Shown: positions 51,750-63,320 of the stretch, in pieces
Layout of the letters: each line of letters opens with the position of its first letter
Position numbering within the stretch: the stretch's first letter is position 1
DNA from: an uncultured Methanosarcinaceae archaeon
GTDB lineage: Archaea > Halobacteriota > Methanosarcinia > Methanosarcinales > Methanosarcinaceae
NCBI GenBank assembly: GCA_963721455.1
Contig: CAVRJG010000044.1
Coordinates: forward strand, 64,001 to 128,000
DNA: 64,000 bases
Reading direction: 5' to 3'
Made by a program: the position numbers and the translations under genes
Notes under the pieces: model-generated
What the model was told of the DNA's origin: nothing
The model's database searches: none
What the model saw: the letters and a program-made list of their open reading frames with translations, nothing else

Positions 51750-52565
51750 TTGAGTCACATGGTTAGGGACTTATTCATGTTTGCCGGCTTCAATGAAAGT
51801 TCGCAGATTGTATGGTTCAAGATTATTTATTCGAAAGAACCCGGATCTTTATCCTTAATAACTGATTTTCTGGAAAAAGAGAATGCATTCATTATGTTTG
51901 GCCATCTGGATAACATTACACAAAAAACAGGAGAATATTCGGTATTTACAGAACTTAATGAAGACGTTGATCCGGAGAACTTCGCCCGAAAAATAAAGGA
52001 TCTTGAAGTTGTAAGTGAAGTAGAATACGGGATTTCAAAGTATGGAATGATTTATTCCGTGGATTTTCCCCTGAATGTCATAGGAGTCAGGGGAGTCATA
52101 GCAAGGGCACTTACAATTGTTGATATTATTAAAACCCTGAACGAAAGTGTGGCGCATGCAGAGGGGCTTCTCACCATTTCGGGGCTTAAGGGAGGAAGTC
52201 ACGCGGCAAAATATTTTAAGAGCATTCTGAATCTTAATGACAGTAATTTCGCAAACGTTCTTGCGGAACTCTACAGATCTGTGGGATGGGGAATCCTGGA
52301 AATCGAATGTAACCCTGAGACTTATGAAGGAAAAATCATTGTAAAAGACTCGTTTATAGCCGATGTTTACGGAGGGTCGGAACAACCTGTTTGTGCTTTC
52401 ATGAGCGGCTATTTTGCGGGTTACCTAACCGAATATTTTGGAAAAAATATAAGTGTGAGAGAGGTCAGCTGTAAAGCCACTGGGAAGAAGGTCTGCGAAC
52501 ACGTAATCTCACTGGCGCCCTCCGGCTCAATCCAGGAATACCAGGTCAGAGGGGAAACCAGGTGA
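51750..52565 (+). CDS. ACT-like plus V4R domain protein
   Basis: N-terminal EPGSL..ITDFL ACT-like region; GWG and C.F..GYFAG...E..C.A.G...C V4R motif. Confidence 0.8.
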   Translation: MSHMVRDLFMFAGFNESSQIVWFKIIYSKEPGSLSLITDFLEKENAFIMFGHLDNITQKTGEYSVFTELNEDVDPENFARKIKDLEVVSEVEYGISKYGMIYSVDFPLNVIGVRGVIARALTIVDIIKTLNESVAHAEGLLTISGLKGGSHAAKYFKSILNLNDSNFANVLAELYRSVGWGILEIECNPETYEGKIIVKDSFIADVYGGSEQPVCAFMSGYFAGYLTEYFGKNISVREVSCKATGKKVCEHVISLAPSGSIQEYQVRGETR

Positions 52566-54583
52566 TCAGACAACCGAATGTCATTCTAGGAAATGACGAA
52601 CTGCTCGTGACGATGGGAAGAAAAGGGGATATTTTAGGCTTCTTCTATCCCCGCAGAGACCATGCCCAGCACGTAGAAGAGTCCCTCGCCTGTATCCATA
52701 CAGGGGAAAAGCTTCTCTGGACGAACGATAACGATTGGCACTGCATCCAGAATTATATAGAGGACACCAACATCGTATCCACAAAACTTTACCATGACTC
52801 GGGAATCCGGATTTCAATTCTTGACCTGGTGCACCCGGATGTGCCTGTCCTTATCCGCAGATTTAAGGTTCAGTCCCAGCAAAAAATCTCAGGGAAATTT
52901 TTCTACTATTCAAATTTCAACGTCGGGGAAACGTCTAAGAAAAACTCCGGCTTTTGCGATACAGAGGCTCGCCTGCTCGTGCAGTACTGGCAAAACTATT
53001 ATATAGGGATTCACTCCCTGCCCGAATTTACGGAATGGCAGATCGGAAAGGCCATGGACACTGTATGGTGGACAAATTCCAAATATGATATGGAAGATGG
53101 AAAACTCCAGCGAAATAAAGAAGACATAGGAAACATTAATAATGCTGCTGGCTGGGACCTTGAACTGGAAGCTGACGGTGCAAACGAGTTTGTTATCCTG
53201 ATAGGCGCCGCATCTTCCAGGAGTCTCCTTTATAAGAGAATGCACGAGCTCTCTAAACTGCCTCTGGAACATATTTTTGAAAAGACGCGGGAACACTGGG
53301 TTATGTGGCTTGCTAAAAAGCAGGTTCTCAAAATGCCAGGAATCGAAGGATACAATAACCTGCGCCAGGAACTGTTCAGTGCCTACAATCGGGCTCTTCT
53401 CATGCTTTACCTCCTTAACGACCGCGAATATGGGTCCTTTGTGGCCGCTCCGGAGTTTGACTCAAATTTTGAAAAGTGTGGAGGATATGGATTTTGCTGG
53501 AACCGGGATACCTCGGAAGTTGTGCTTGCACTCAAGCATTCGGGATATCCGGAGTACTGTGAGATGTTTTTCAAGTGGTGTATCCGGACCCAGCTCCCGG
53601 ACGGTTCATGGTTTCAACGCTACTGGCTCAATGGAAATATAGCTCCTTCCTGGGGTAATTTTGATTACTCGACCCAGATAGATGAAACCGGATCCACACT
53701 TCATTCCATGGATATTTATTACAGGACTCTCGAAGGCCTTAAAAAAGCTGAGTTTCTCGACGAGGTCTGGGTTTCCATACTCCGGGCTGCCGAATACCTG
53801 ATGAAGCGGACCAAATCAGGAATTCACGAAAGTTGTATGGACCTCTGGGAAACTTATTACGGGATTTTCACATATACGAATGCTTCAATCTATGCAGGGC
53901 TCATGGGCGCTTCACACCTGGCTGAAGAAAACGGGGAGTCTGGCATGGCAAGACGCTGGAAGAAAAGGGCGGAGTTCATTAAACAGGCCACAATTGATCG
54001 CTTCTGGCTTCAGGAAGGCTATTTTGCAAAAGGAATAATTAACGAGAAACTGGATAAAACAATTGATGCAAGTATCCTGGGCGCCTATATTCCCTTTGGG
54101 ATGCTGTCTCCAAAAGACCCCGTGGAAAAGGATATGATCCTGTTTATGATAGAAAATATCCAGAAAAAGCTTTCATTGCCCATTAATCAGGGTTACGGGA
54201 TCCGAAGGTATGAAAACGACAGTTACATTGACGGAAATCCCTGGATAGTGACTACTCTCTGGCTTTCGGAAGCAATGTTTGCCCTTGCCCTTGACACTCC
54301 CCAGGAAAAAGTCATGTTTGCCCCTACGCTTGACATTCCCCAGGAAAAAGAGGATAACCATACAGAAAAAGTGAGAGAACTGACAGATGAAGGAATTAAA
54401 TTCCTTAAATGGGCTCTTGCCGGTGCAACCAGTACAGGCCTTCTCCCGGAACAGGTGGATAAGTCTACAGGGAAACCTGCCTGGGCAATTCCTCTCGGAT
54501 GGAGTGGATCTCTGATGCTTGATAATATTTTGCTTCTGGATAAAATCTGCAGGAGAAAAGCCGGGAACGGGAAAGAAAGCTGA
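52562..54583 (+). CDS. GH15 glucoamylase/glucan 1,4-alpha-glucosidase
   Basis: GYGFCWNRD, QIDETG, DLWE, RYE.D.Y.GNPW and LLPEQV...PLGWS motifs. Confidence 0.92.
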   Translation: MIRQPNVILGNDELLVTMGRKGDILGFFYPRRDHAQHVEESLACIHTGEKLLWTNDNDWHCIQNYIEDTNIVSTKLYHDSGIRISILDLVHPDVPVLIRRFKVQSQQKISGKFFYYSNFNVGETSKKNSGFCDTEARLLVQYWQNYYIGIHSLPEFTEWQIGKAMDTVWWTNSKYDMEDGKLQRNKEDIGNINNAAGWDLELEADGANEFVILIGAASSRSLLYKRMHELSKLPLEHIFEKTREHWVMWLAKKQVLKMPGIEGYNNLRQELFSAYNRALLMLYLLNDREYGSFVAAPEFDSNFEKCGGYGFCWNRDTSEVVLALKHSGYPEYCEMFFKWCIRTQLPDGSWFQRYWLNGNIAPSWGNFDYSTQIDETGSTLHSMDIYYRTLEGLKKAEFLDEVWVSILRAAEYLMKRTKSGIHESCMDLWETYYGIFTYTNASIYAGLMGASHLAEENGESGMARRWKKRAEFIKQATIDRFWLQEGYFAKGIINEKLDKTIDASILGAYIPFGMLSPKDPVEKDMILFMIENIQKKLSLPINQGYGIRRYENDSYIDGNPWIVTTLWLSEAMFALALDTPQEKVMFAPTLDIPQEKEDNHTEKVRELTDEGIKFLKWALAGATSTGLLPEQVDKSTGKPAWAIPLGWSGSLMLDNILLLDKICRRKAGNGKES

Positions 54584-54917
54584 GAAGAGAAAGAGAGAGC
54601 GTCATAAAAGCCCCATATGTAATTCCTATGCCCAGAATTACAGGAACTACATAATTTATAGCAGACTTGTCCTGCTGATGGATAGCCCTGTCACCCCACA
54701 TTTTAAATTAATGCAAGATTTCCGTTAATATCATTCAATACAATTGTTTCTACAATAGAAGTTTCGCTTCAGGGGGTGTCTTCTACTCGACTACCAGTTA
54801 TCTGTCATAGGACCCTCAAACATAATTTGAATAATCTGTAAGTCCCATGCGAACTGAGCATTGTCACAAGTTCATCATTTTACACCTTGCAATTGCCTGA
54901 TTCAGATTCCGGGCATA

Positions 54918-57900
54918 TCACTTCTCTTTCATTTCCACTTTCTGGATCTGCTTAATGCATGCGAGCAGTTCTTCCTCGGTAAACATACCTTTGTGCATGA
55001 TGCTGGACACGTTTCCATTCAATTCTTTTATGTCATTCGAATCCAAATCCTTTGCAGTACAAACGATTATGGGAGTATCGATGGAATCAGGGTTGTTTTT
55101 AAGCGCTTTTATCACATCAAAACCACTACTTTCAGGCATCATGAGATCCAGAATGACCACTTCCGGTTTTTCTTTGAATGCAATATCTATTGCATCCTGT
55201 CCTCCGTAAGCCTTCAAAACATTGAACTCTTTTCCATCCAGCATCGCAGCTATCAGTTCCACTGCATTTATTTCGTCATCCGCCACCAGCACACTGAGAG
55301 ACGATTTTGTATTCTTTTCTTTGATCTTCTCCAGTGTAGAAAGTAATTTATCCTTTTGAATAGGTTTGATGAAGTGTTCCACAGCTCCCCATATGACACC
55401 CATTTTCCTTTCATCCAGCATGGAAGTGATTATTACTGGAATATCACAGGTTTGTTCCCCCAGTTTCAAATGCTTCAGAACATCCCAGCCGCTCATGCCA
55501 TGCATCATGATGTCCAGAGTGATTGCAAACGGTTTCATCTTATCGGCAAGTTCGAGGGCCTCTTTTCCATTGGCAGCAGTTGCCACACGGTAACCTTCCT
55601 GCTTCAGGGTGAACTCCAGCAACTCCCTTGAAGCATCATCGTCTTCCACCACAAGTATCAGTGGCTCACCACTGTTACTATTCGGTGATTTGATTATTTT
55701 AGGGATACGGGTAATGTATTTAGGAACATCCACAGAATCCTTTGTTTTCGCTTCTACAGTGCCCTCTTTATTTAAGCTGGCTCTTAAGGGCATCTCAAAA
55801 GTAAAAGCTGTACCTTTCCCAACTTCACTTTCAACCCATATATTCCCCTTATGCAGCTCTATAAAACTTTTAACCAGGGAAAGACCAAGCCCTGTTCCTT
55901 CGTACAGCCGGTTTGTAGCAGAATCGAGCTGAGTGAAAGGCTTGAACAGCTTGTGCTTGTTTTCATCAGATATCCCTATACCCGTATCTTTTACGGAGAA
56001 CTGTGCCATATCTCCGTCCATCTTTGAGGAAATTGTTATCTTTCCACCCGCAGGAGTGAACTTGATGGCGTTGCTTGCAAGATTAAAAACAATCTGTTTG
56101 AACCTTATTCTATCAGCATATATCGTTACAAGTTTTTCGTCTATGCAGAATTCCACATTCAGTCCTTTTTTATTAAGAAGGGGGGACATCAACTGTTCTA
56201 ATTCAGTAAACGTTTCTTTAACAGCAAAAGTCTCACAATTCAGTTCCATCTTACCCGCTTCGATCTTGGACATGTCAAGTATATTGTTTATGAGAGCAAG
56301 CAGATGTTTCCCACTTGTGGATATGTTGCCCAGGAACTTCTTCTGCATCTGAGGCATCTCTCCAACATTGCCGCCTATCATCAAGTCAGAGAAACCTATG
56401 ATGGAATTCAGTGGCGTCCGCAGTTCATGACTCATAGTTGCGAGGAATTCGCTCTTGGAACGGTTTGCAGTCTCTGCTGCAATCTTTGCCTGGATCAGGC
56501 TTTCCTCTGCTTCCTTTATTTTAGTCATGTCCACAAAGCTTTCTACCAGGTATTTTTTATCTGAAATTTGTATAGGCACCACAGATTTCAGAATGGGAAC
56601 CTTGTTTCCGTCCTTATTGATCAACACACGTTCAGATCGATCAACTTTCAATCCAAGATCAAGTAAGGGGCATTTTCCTTTATCTGCAGGACAGATGAAA
56701 TGATGGCAGATATTACCAATGATTTTCTCCTGGGGCAAGCCGATCATCTCCACAGCCATGGGGTTTGCCTCAACTATGATGGATGTTTCAGCATCTATGA
56801 GAACAACACCGCTAATAGTGCTTGCAAGTACGGTCTCCAGCCTCTGCCTGTATTCCCCTTCAAGCCCTTGAAGTTTCACGCTATCCGTAACATCAGTGGT
56901 ACAATAAACGGCACCTACCATCGTTCCATTCCGAAGTAGTGGTCCTGCGTACCAGTCATAGACAGCCTCATTTTTAAGGTACAATGTTACCTGATCTCTC
57001 TCTGAGGCGTTTTGCAATTCCTTAATCTTTGCAGTACCTCCCCTGCCATCACCTGCCTGTGCAATTATATGCTCGATCACTTTTGCCGCACTGTTCTGTG
57101 AAAGCAAATCTGCGCTTATGCCCCACAATTCAATGAATTTACTATTCGTGACGACCCTGGTATCCATACCAGCTATCATTATGCCTATATTCATAGATTC
57201 AAGGCTGGATTGAATTACGTCGAGGGTTTCAAGAACTTTAGCTTTTTCTTCCAGGGTTTTGAGCATGTAGTTTATGCTCCCTGCAAGATCACATAGTTCG
57301 TCTTTACCTTCCATATTTACGCGGGAGGAAAGTGATCCTTTTTCGGTAATTGCTGTCAAGTTAGTACTGAGCAAGGATATGCGAGCTAACACCGATTTTT
57401 CAAGTAAAAACGAAAGGACAAGTCCGGATACCATTCCGATGACGAGGATTGCAATAAGTACGTATTTTATAGCAGACTGGCCCTGCTGGTATACATCCCT
57501 CGGCATCTCAACGTCCAGGAACAATGCCGGTTTTCCATTTATATCGTTCAGTACAGTTGTTCCTACAACCGAAGCCTCACTCACATAATTTATATTAAGG
57601 CTATTATCCTCTTTTGAAGTAGATAATGCTGCAAGCTCTTGATTGAAGGTTTCTGTATTCAGGGATAGACTTGTTTTTTCTGCAAGCTCTTTTATCAATT
57701 CAGCGTCTATAACCTTTGCGAATATAAGGGTGCCTGCTATTGGTCCTTCTCCGGAACCCTGTATGATAGGATTGGAAGTAATCAGTAATGGTCCTTCAGG
57801 GGAATTGATGATTCCAGATACCTGGCTGTGGGGTGTAGGGTGAGAGAAAAGAAGTTCATTTGCAGCGATGCAATCAAGCATCGTAGTCGAGACGTTTGCG

Positions 57901-58271
57901 TGTTCAGTAGTACCCTGGTCTACTGTCGTAGCATAGTAGAGCTTGTTTGTGGAGTCATAAAATAATACCATACTGGCATCAAAATTGGTTACTACCTCAG
58001 GGCCAAAGTTCTCGTCGATGTAACCGTCAAATTGTCCCTGGACAAAAAGATAACTTGCATCCCATATAGCGTAATCTGTGACAACCGCATTCAACGTATC
58101 TAACTTAGCATTCATTGCTGTTGTTGCCCTTTCCACGTTCCTGGATACTTCGTCCTTTTCCAGACTTTCAAAGCTGTTTCCCATTATCTGCTCGGCAGCC
58201 ACTACCAGAAATACAGATAGAAAAATTAAGGTTACTCCAAGAATTGCCAGGGTCTTATTGCGTATCTTCAT
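54918..58271 (-). CDS. Hybrid sensor histidine kinase (CHASE4-HAMP-PAS-HisKA-HATPase-2xREC)
   Basis: DYAIWD CHASE4, DEL..LA..IN HAMP, MSHELRTPLN H-box, NAIKFT, GTGLGL and two receiver domains (LDIMM, LDLMMP). Confidence 0.93.
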   Translation of the reverse strand: MKIRNKTLAILGVTLIFLSVFLVVAAEQIMGNSFESLEKDEVSRNVERATTAMNAKLDTLNAVVTDYAIWDASYLFVQGQFDGYIDENFGPEVVTNFDASMVLFYDSTNKLYYATTVDQGTTEHANVSTTMLDCIAANELLFSHPTPHSQVSGIINSPEGPLLITSNPIIQGSGEGPIAGTLIFAKVIDAELIKELAEKTSLSLNTETFNQELAALSTSKEDNSLNINYVSEASVVGTTVLNDINGKPALFLDVEMPRDVYQQGQSAIKYVLIAILVIGMVSGLVLSFLLEKSVLARISLLSTNLTAITEKGSLSSRVNMEGKDELCDLAGSINYMLKTLEEKAKVLETLDVIQSSLESMNIGIMIAGMDTRVVTNSKFIELWGISADLLSQNSAAKVIEHIIAQAGDGRGGTAKIKELQNASERDQVTLYLKNEAVYDWYAGPLLRNGTMVGAVYCTTDVTDSVKLQGLEGEYRQRLETVLASTISGVVLIDAETSIIVEANPMAVEMIGLPQEKIIGNICHHFICPADKGKCPLLDLGLKVDRSERVLINKDGNKVPILKSVVPIQISDKKYLVESFVDMTKIKEAEESLIQAKIAAETANRSKSEFLATMSHELRTPLNSIIGFSDLMIGGNVGEMPQMQKKFLGNISTSGKHLLALINNILDMSKIEAGKMELNCETFAVKETFTELEQLMSPLLNKKGLNVEFCIDEKLVTIYADRIRFKQIVFNLASNAIKFTPAGGKITISSKMDGDMAQFSVKDTGIGISDENKHKLFKPFTQLDSATNRLYEGTGLGLSLVKSFIELHKGNIWVESEVGKGTAFTFEMPLRASLNKEGTVEAKTKDSVDVPKYITRIPKIIKSPNSNSGEPLILVVEDDDASRELLEFTLKQEGYRVATAANGKEALELADKMKPFAITLDIMMHGMSGWDVLKHLKLGEQTCDIPVIITSMLDERKMGVIWGAVEHFIKPIQKDKLLSTLEKIKEKNTKSSLSVLVADDEINAVELIAAMLDGKEFNVLKAYGGQDAIDIAFKEKPEVVILDLMMPESSGFDVIKALKNNPDSIDTPIIVCTAKDLDSNDIKELNGNVSSIMHKGMFTEEELLACIKQIQKVEMKEK

Positions 58272-58274
58272 GGA

Positions 58275-58649
58275 TCACACCTTCCCGTTGCCTAAAAAAG
58301 CATTCACCTGTTCCATGAACTGAAACACATCTATAGGTTTGGAAATATAACCGATGCAGCCTGCATCAATGAAACGCTTTTCATCACCCATCATGGCAAG
58401 CGCAGTTAAGGCAACAACGGGGGTGTGCGACGATTTTGGATATTGCTTGATATGTTTTAAGATTTCCAGCCCACCCATTCCTGGCAACTGGATATCCAGC
58501 AATACAAGGTCAAAAAGATCGTTCTTGATCCTGTCCAGAACCTCTTCTCCGTCTACAGCTTGTGTGACCTCTATTCCATTTGATTCCAGAATATATGCCA
58601 CCAATTCCATGTTCATGGGATTATCTTCTACTACCAGTATGCTTGCCAT
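58275..58649 (-). CDS. Single-domain response regulator (DivK/CheY-like)
   Basis: ILVVEDNP, LLDIQLP, ALTA.AM and YISKP motifs. Confidence 0.93.
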   Translation of the reverse strand: MASILVVEDNPMNMELVAYILESNGIEVTQAVDGEEVLDRIKNDLFDLVLLDIQLPGMGGLEILKHIKQYPKSSHTPVVALTALAMMGDEKRFIDAGCIGYISKPIDVFQFMEQVNAFLGNGKV

Positions 58650-59339
58650 GGACCCTCCCAAAAATGCATAGTTACTTTATCCTTAACTCCGCCATATTTA
58701 GGAAAAAAGTAGGTCATCCCCTGAATTTTCAGCATCAATAGCCCCTGATGAGAGTACTTTAGTTTGTTTTGTTGCATTCCCCAATGGTGGATATATCACT
58801 TTGGCGAACGTGAATTGTAGAACGCCTCTTGATTCGGAATATGAGATCCATATTCAATACTTAGACCCAAATTCGCCCGAATTAGTTTATATTATAAATA
58901 AGTAATAAATTTTAGTTGATATATTTTAGTTGATATATAATTCTTAAACAAATATTATTCGTATACACAACTAAAGTTGATATTAGAAAACAATAAATTT
59001 ATAATTGTTTAGATAAAACCTTTTAAGACCAATATAATGTTACAATAATCGTATAATAAGAAGGTTCATAAAAAAGAATAAGCTATTTTTATTAAAAGTC
59101 TTCCAAAAATTGGAGAACCCACTTTTCGCACTAAATTGCCATGTTTTCACACTGTTCTTGCTATAGTTTTTCAGCACAATACTGCGGAGTGTGGTGGAAA
59201 CATTTAAAGTGAGCTAAATTTTGCGCTGAAAATTTTCAGATGAATAAACACTGGTTATTTTACAACTCTGTGAAAAAATAGTAGAATAGGAAAGAATAAA
59301 ATTTGCAGTTATGAGCAACTGCAATTGTTCTGGAGAAAT

Positions 59340-60527
59340 TCAGGCAAGGATTTTTCCATAAGGGCTTTCTTCAAAGTAACTGACAAATTGCCGGGCTTCT
59401 TCATTCGATTCCCCGGAATCCGAACTCAAAAGCAGCTTTGAGAGACTTGCCTTATTCATATATGCGACTTTGGGCTCCCCTACGATTCCTCCGAGTTCCG
59501 CAGCCTTGTCAATCGCATCGTAAAGATTTCCAAAGCCATCTACAAGCCCAAGCTCCTTTGCCCTGGCTCCGGTGTATATACGGCCGTCGGCAAGAGTTTT
59601 TACTTCACTCCTGGACATGTTGCGTCCCTCTGAAACGTCGGTTATAAAGTCTTCGTAGATTTCCATAACCACAGCATCAGCGTACTCTTTTTCCTCATCC
59701 GTAAGCCCCCTCCAGGTGCCTCCCATATCCTTCAGTTCTCCGGACTTCGCAATGTAATAATCTACGCCCTCTTCTTTATAAGAGGCAGACATGTTCTGGA
59801 AGATCCAGATCACTCCGATAGATCCGGTATTCGTAGAGGGACTTGCAATAATGTAATCCGCGGGCGCAGAGATGTAATACGCGGCGCTGGCTGCAAGGTC
59901 CCCCATGGAAACGACAACAGGGATTCCCTTTGCCTGGGCTTTCTCAATTTCCCCTACAATTTCCTGGGCTGCTGCAGGAGACCCGCCTGGACTGTTAATG
60001 CGAAGCACGATTGCCCTGACCCCCTTATCCGCAGTAGCCTTGCGTATGTTTTCAGAAATCTCTTCGGAGGTTGCGTAACCAAGCCCTGCAGGAACGTTTC
60101 CAGAAAGAATAGTGCCCTGGATATAGATAACAGCCACCTTCTCAGAAGTCCTTAGATTTCCCCCGGCACCGAAACTGAAGGAAATTGCCGCAATACTCAC
60201 GAGTATGACGGTAAACAGGGCCACTACTACCAGCAGGTAGGACATCCAGTTACGTTTTTTATTCTGTGGAGAGGGATTTGAATTCATGCTTAAACTCTTG
60301 CTTTCAATTTCATTTTTCCCAGGAGCTTCTAAGGGAATTCCCGGATCAGTTATTTTTCCCGAACCTTCCGAGGCAGAGCCGGAGTAAGGGGAACTACCGC
60401 TTGTAGCGTAAGCGCCTTCATCAGAAATGACATTCGCTCTTCCATTGTAAGCGCTGTTTTGGAGAATACTATCTTCAGATATATCCTCTGAGTTCGTGCC
60501 TTCCGGGTTCATTTTTCCATCGTTCAT
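59340..60527 (-). CDS. sppA: Signal peptide peptidase SppA
   Basis: RINSPGGS, AASAAYYI, GSIGV and KSGELKD motifs; N-terminal TM anchor. Confidence 0.93.
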   Translation of the reverse strand: MNDGKMNPEGTNSEDISEDSILQNSAYNGRANVISDEGAYATSGSSPYSGSASEGSGKITDPGIPLEAPGKNEIESKSLSMNSNPSPQNKKRNWMSYLLVVVALFTVILVSIAAISFSFGAGGNLRTSEKVAVIYIQGTILSGNVPAGLGYATSEEISENIRKATADKGVRAIVLRINSPGGSPAAAQEIVGEIEKAQAKGIPVVVSMGDLAASAAYYISAPADYIIASPSTNTGSIGVIWIFQNMSASYKEEGVDYYIAKSGELKDMGGTWRGLTDEEKEYADAVVMEIYEDFITDVSEGRNMSRSEVKTLADGRIYTGARAKELGLVDGFGNLYDAIDKAAELGGIVGEPKVAYMNKASLSKLLLSSDSGESNEEARQFVSYFEESPYGKILA

Positions 60528-60858
60528 ATCTGACAGGACTGTATAATTTGGATTCAGTATAATTTGGATTTATCGTTTTAATCTGCAGCCTTGAGCCTGG
60601 TTAAAATTTTTAATTAAGAGAGCAGATATATTACGGTAGAAAGCAATGCAAGAAAGAGAACTTGCAGAAACCCACAGACAATAGAATCTGCTTAACAATC
60701 AGAATTGTCTGAGCTATTATTTATCTGTCTCTACATCCCATCCTTCTTTATATAGGATTATCAACTATCCCTCAAATAGGTTACCTTGTAAAAACACAGT
60801 AAGCGAAATATATTTTAGAATTGCAATCGTCGAAGAGGAATATATTCATAAAAAATAT

Positions 60859-63006
60859 ATGGAGATAAGAATGCCAGAATCATCCAGTAAACCCGTACTT
60901 GTCACCTGTGGCCTGCCTTATGCTAATGGCAAGGCTCATATTGGGCATCTCCGGACCTACGTGCCCGCTGATATTTTTGCCCGTTCCCTGCGAAAAGAAG
61001 GAAGGGACGTTACCTTTGTCTGCGGCTCGGACACTCACGGCACCCCTATTGTCGTGAATGCCGAAGAACTCGGGATCACTCCAAAAGAGCTTGTAGAGAC
61101 ATATCACAAACATTTTGACGAGACCTTCAAGCAGCTGGGAGTTTACTTTGATGCTTTTGGGACAACGGATGATCCTGAGAATCACAAAAGGACGCTGGAT
61201 ATCGTCAACAGGCTGATTGAAAAAGACTACGTGTACCCAAAAACCATCGAAATTGCCTACTGCCCGCAATGCAACCGTTTTCTCCCTGACCGCTACGTAG
61301 AAGGCTCCTGCCCTCACTGCGGGGAAACAGCAAGAGGGGATGAATGTGACCAGGGATGCGGAAAACACCTGGAGCCCGGAGAACTTCAGAGCCCTGTCTG
61401 TACTATCTGCGGAGGGCCTGCCGAGTACCGCCAGCAGGAACATTTCTTTTTCAAGCTTTCTAAGTTCAGCGATTATCTCATGAACTATCTCTCAAATGAC
61501 CTTGGGGGAACCATCAATGCCATAAATTACGCATTAGGCTGGGTAAAGCAGGGGCTTACGGACTGGTGCATTACACGGAACCTGGAATGGGGAGTTAAAT
61601 TCCCCGGCCATGATGACCTTGTGGTCTATGTCTGGGTAGATGCTCCCATAGGGTACATCGCCTTTACCGAGGAGTGGGCTGCAAAAGCAGGAGACTCCTG
61701 GGAAAAATACTGGAAAAATGACGGGGAAATTGTCCACTTCATAGGGGGAGACATCACCTACCACCACTGTATCTTCTGGCCGGCTATGCTTAAAGGTGCA
61801 GATTACTCAGTGCCTACAGCTGTCGTAGCTTCAGGCATGGTCAAAATCGAAGACAAAAAGTTTTCCAAGACTAGGGGTTATGTGGTCTGGGTAGGAGAAG
61901 ATTACCTTGACCACGGTTTCCATCCTGACCTGCTGAGATACTATCTGGCAAGCTATACCTCTCACACAAAGGAGCTGAATTTCTCCTGGCATGTGCTTCA
62001 GGAAAAAATCAACACTGAACTGGTGGCCGTGTTCGGGAATTTCCTGTACCGGACAATGCTTTTCGCTTTCAAGAATTACGGAGAAGTCCCGTCCGGGGAG
62101 CTCGAACCTGAGGTAAAGGAAGAAATCGAAAAGGCCCTGAAAGAGATAAAAGCAGCAATGGCAGAATATGAATTCAAAAAAGCCGTTGATTCTGCAATGA
62201 CCCTTGCATCTTTCGGGAACATCTATTTCCAGTCCCATGAGCCCTGGAGCCTTATAAAGAAAGACAGGGCAGCCTGCGGAAATGTGCTTTACAACTGCCT
62301 CCACCTTGCAAAAGCCCTATGCCTTATCTTTGAGCCCGTGCTCCCGCAAACAATGGAGACAGCCTGGGCAGGACTGGGGCAGGAAGGAGACCTGCATGCC
62401 GCCCGGTACAGTGAAGCTCTCGTGCCGCTGAAAGCGGGCACAAAACTTGCAAAACCCGAGATCCTTTTCACAAAGCTCGAAGACGACAGGATCGGAGAGA
62501 TGGAAGAGATCGCAAGCCAGAGGGTAAAAGCTGCAGATGCAAAGAAAGCCGCAGCAAAAAGGAACGGAAAAGAGCCCGCCAAATCCGAAGGGATGGGACC
62601 TGCAGAAGAAGCAAAACCAGCCGAAAAAGCTGTAGATGCAGCAAAAGCAAAGGAAGAAGAGGAAAAAGAAACCCTTCCATTGATTGAGTACGAAGACTTT
62701 GCAAAACTCGATATCAGAGTAGGAAAGGTTTTACTTGCCGAACCCATTAAGAAGTCCAAAAAACTCCTGAGGGTTGAAGTGGATATCGGTGAGGAAAAGC
62801 CAAGACAGCTTGTTGCAGGCATGGCTTCATACTACACTCCCGAAGAGTTAGTAGGAAAATATGTAATCGTACTTGCCAACCTGAAACCTGCCAAACTCTG
62901 CGGAGTCGAATCAAACGGCATGATGCTTGCAGCCGATGATTGTGCGGAAATCGTATCAGCCCTGATGCCGGATAAAGAGATAAAACCCGGTTCCAGAATA
63001 CGCTGA
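60859..63006 (+). CDS. metG: Methionine--tRNA ligase with a C-terminal tRNA-binding domain
   Basis: PYANG..HIGH, Zn-knuckle Cys pairs, KFSKT and the EMAP/Trbp-like C-domain. Confidence 0.97.
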   Translation: MEIRMPESSSKPVLVTCGLPYANGKAHIGHLRTYVPADIFARSLRKEGRDVTFVCGSDTHGTPIVVNAEELGITPKELVETYHKHFDETFKQLGVYFDAFGTTDDPENHKRTLDIVNRLIEKDYVYPKTIEIAYCPQCNRFLPDRYVEGSCPHCGETARGDECDQGCGKHLEPGELQSPVCTICGGPAEYRQQEHFFFKLSKFSDYLMNYLSNDLGGTINAINYALGWVKQGLTDWCITRNLEWGVKFPGHDDLVVYVWVDAPIGYIAFTEEWAAKAGDSWEKYWKNDGEIVHFIGGDITYHHCIFWPAMLKGADYSVPTAVVASGMVKIEDKKFSKTRGYVVWVGEDYLDHGFHPDLLRYYLASYTSHTKELNFSWHVLQEKINTELVAVFGNFLYRTMLFAFKNYGEVPSGELEPEVKEEIEKALKEIKAAMAEYEFKKAVDSAMTLASFGNIYFQSHEPWSLIKKDRAACGNVLYNCLHLAKALCLIFEPVLPQTMETAWAGLGQEGDLHAARYSEALVPLKAGTKLAKPEILFTKLEDDRIGEMEEIASQRVKAADAKKAAAKRNGKEPAKSEGMGPAEEAKPAEKAVDAAKAKEEEEKETLPLIEYEDFAKLDIRVGKVLLAEPIKKSKKLLRVEVDIGEEKPRQLVAGMASYYTPEELVGKYVIVLANLKPAKLCGVESNGMMLAADDCAEIVSALMPDKEIKPGSRIR

Positions 63007-63320
63007 AAGCCAGGGTAAATTTAAATCAAAATTAAAATTTGTTAAAATCAAAATTTGCCAGTTGTTTTCATGTCCGTATGTAAGCGGGCATGAGCAACTT
63101 ATTGAGCTGATCCTCAAGTCCATTTTAGAATCAGACATGACTATTTTTAAGACTTGATTTATAATCAGCAACTCAATTGATTTTTGAGTCTTTGGGTCGG
63201 CTCATTACCTTTACTTTTTTGCCTGTGAAACCTCAATAGTTGGCACTAGATAAACAAAGACGAAAGGTTTAACTGGAAAATAACTCATCGAGAGATGAGA
63301 CTAAAATTCGAAGGCACACA

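Noticed and set aside
63190-63210. GGTAATGAGCCGACCC (minus strand), resembling an IS1-type end
   Set aside because: No partner TIR, target duplication or transposase was found; too short to support
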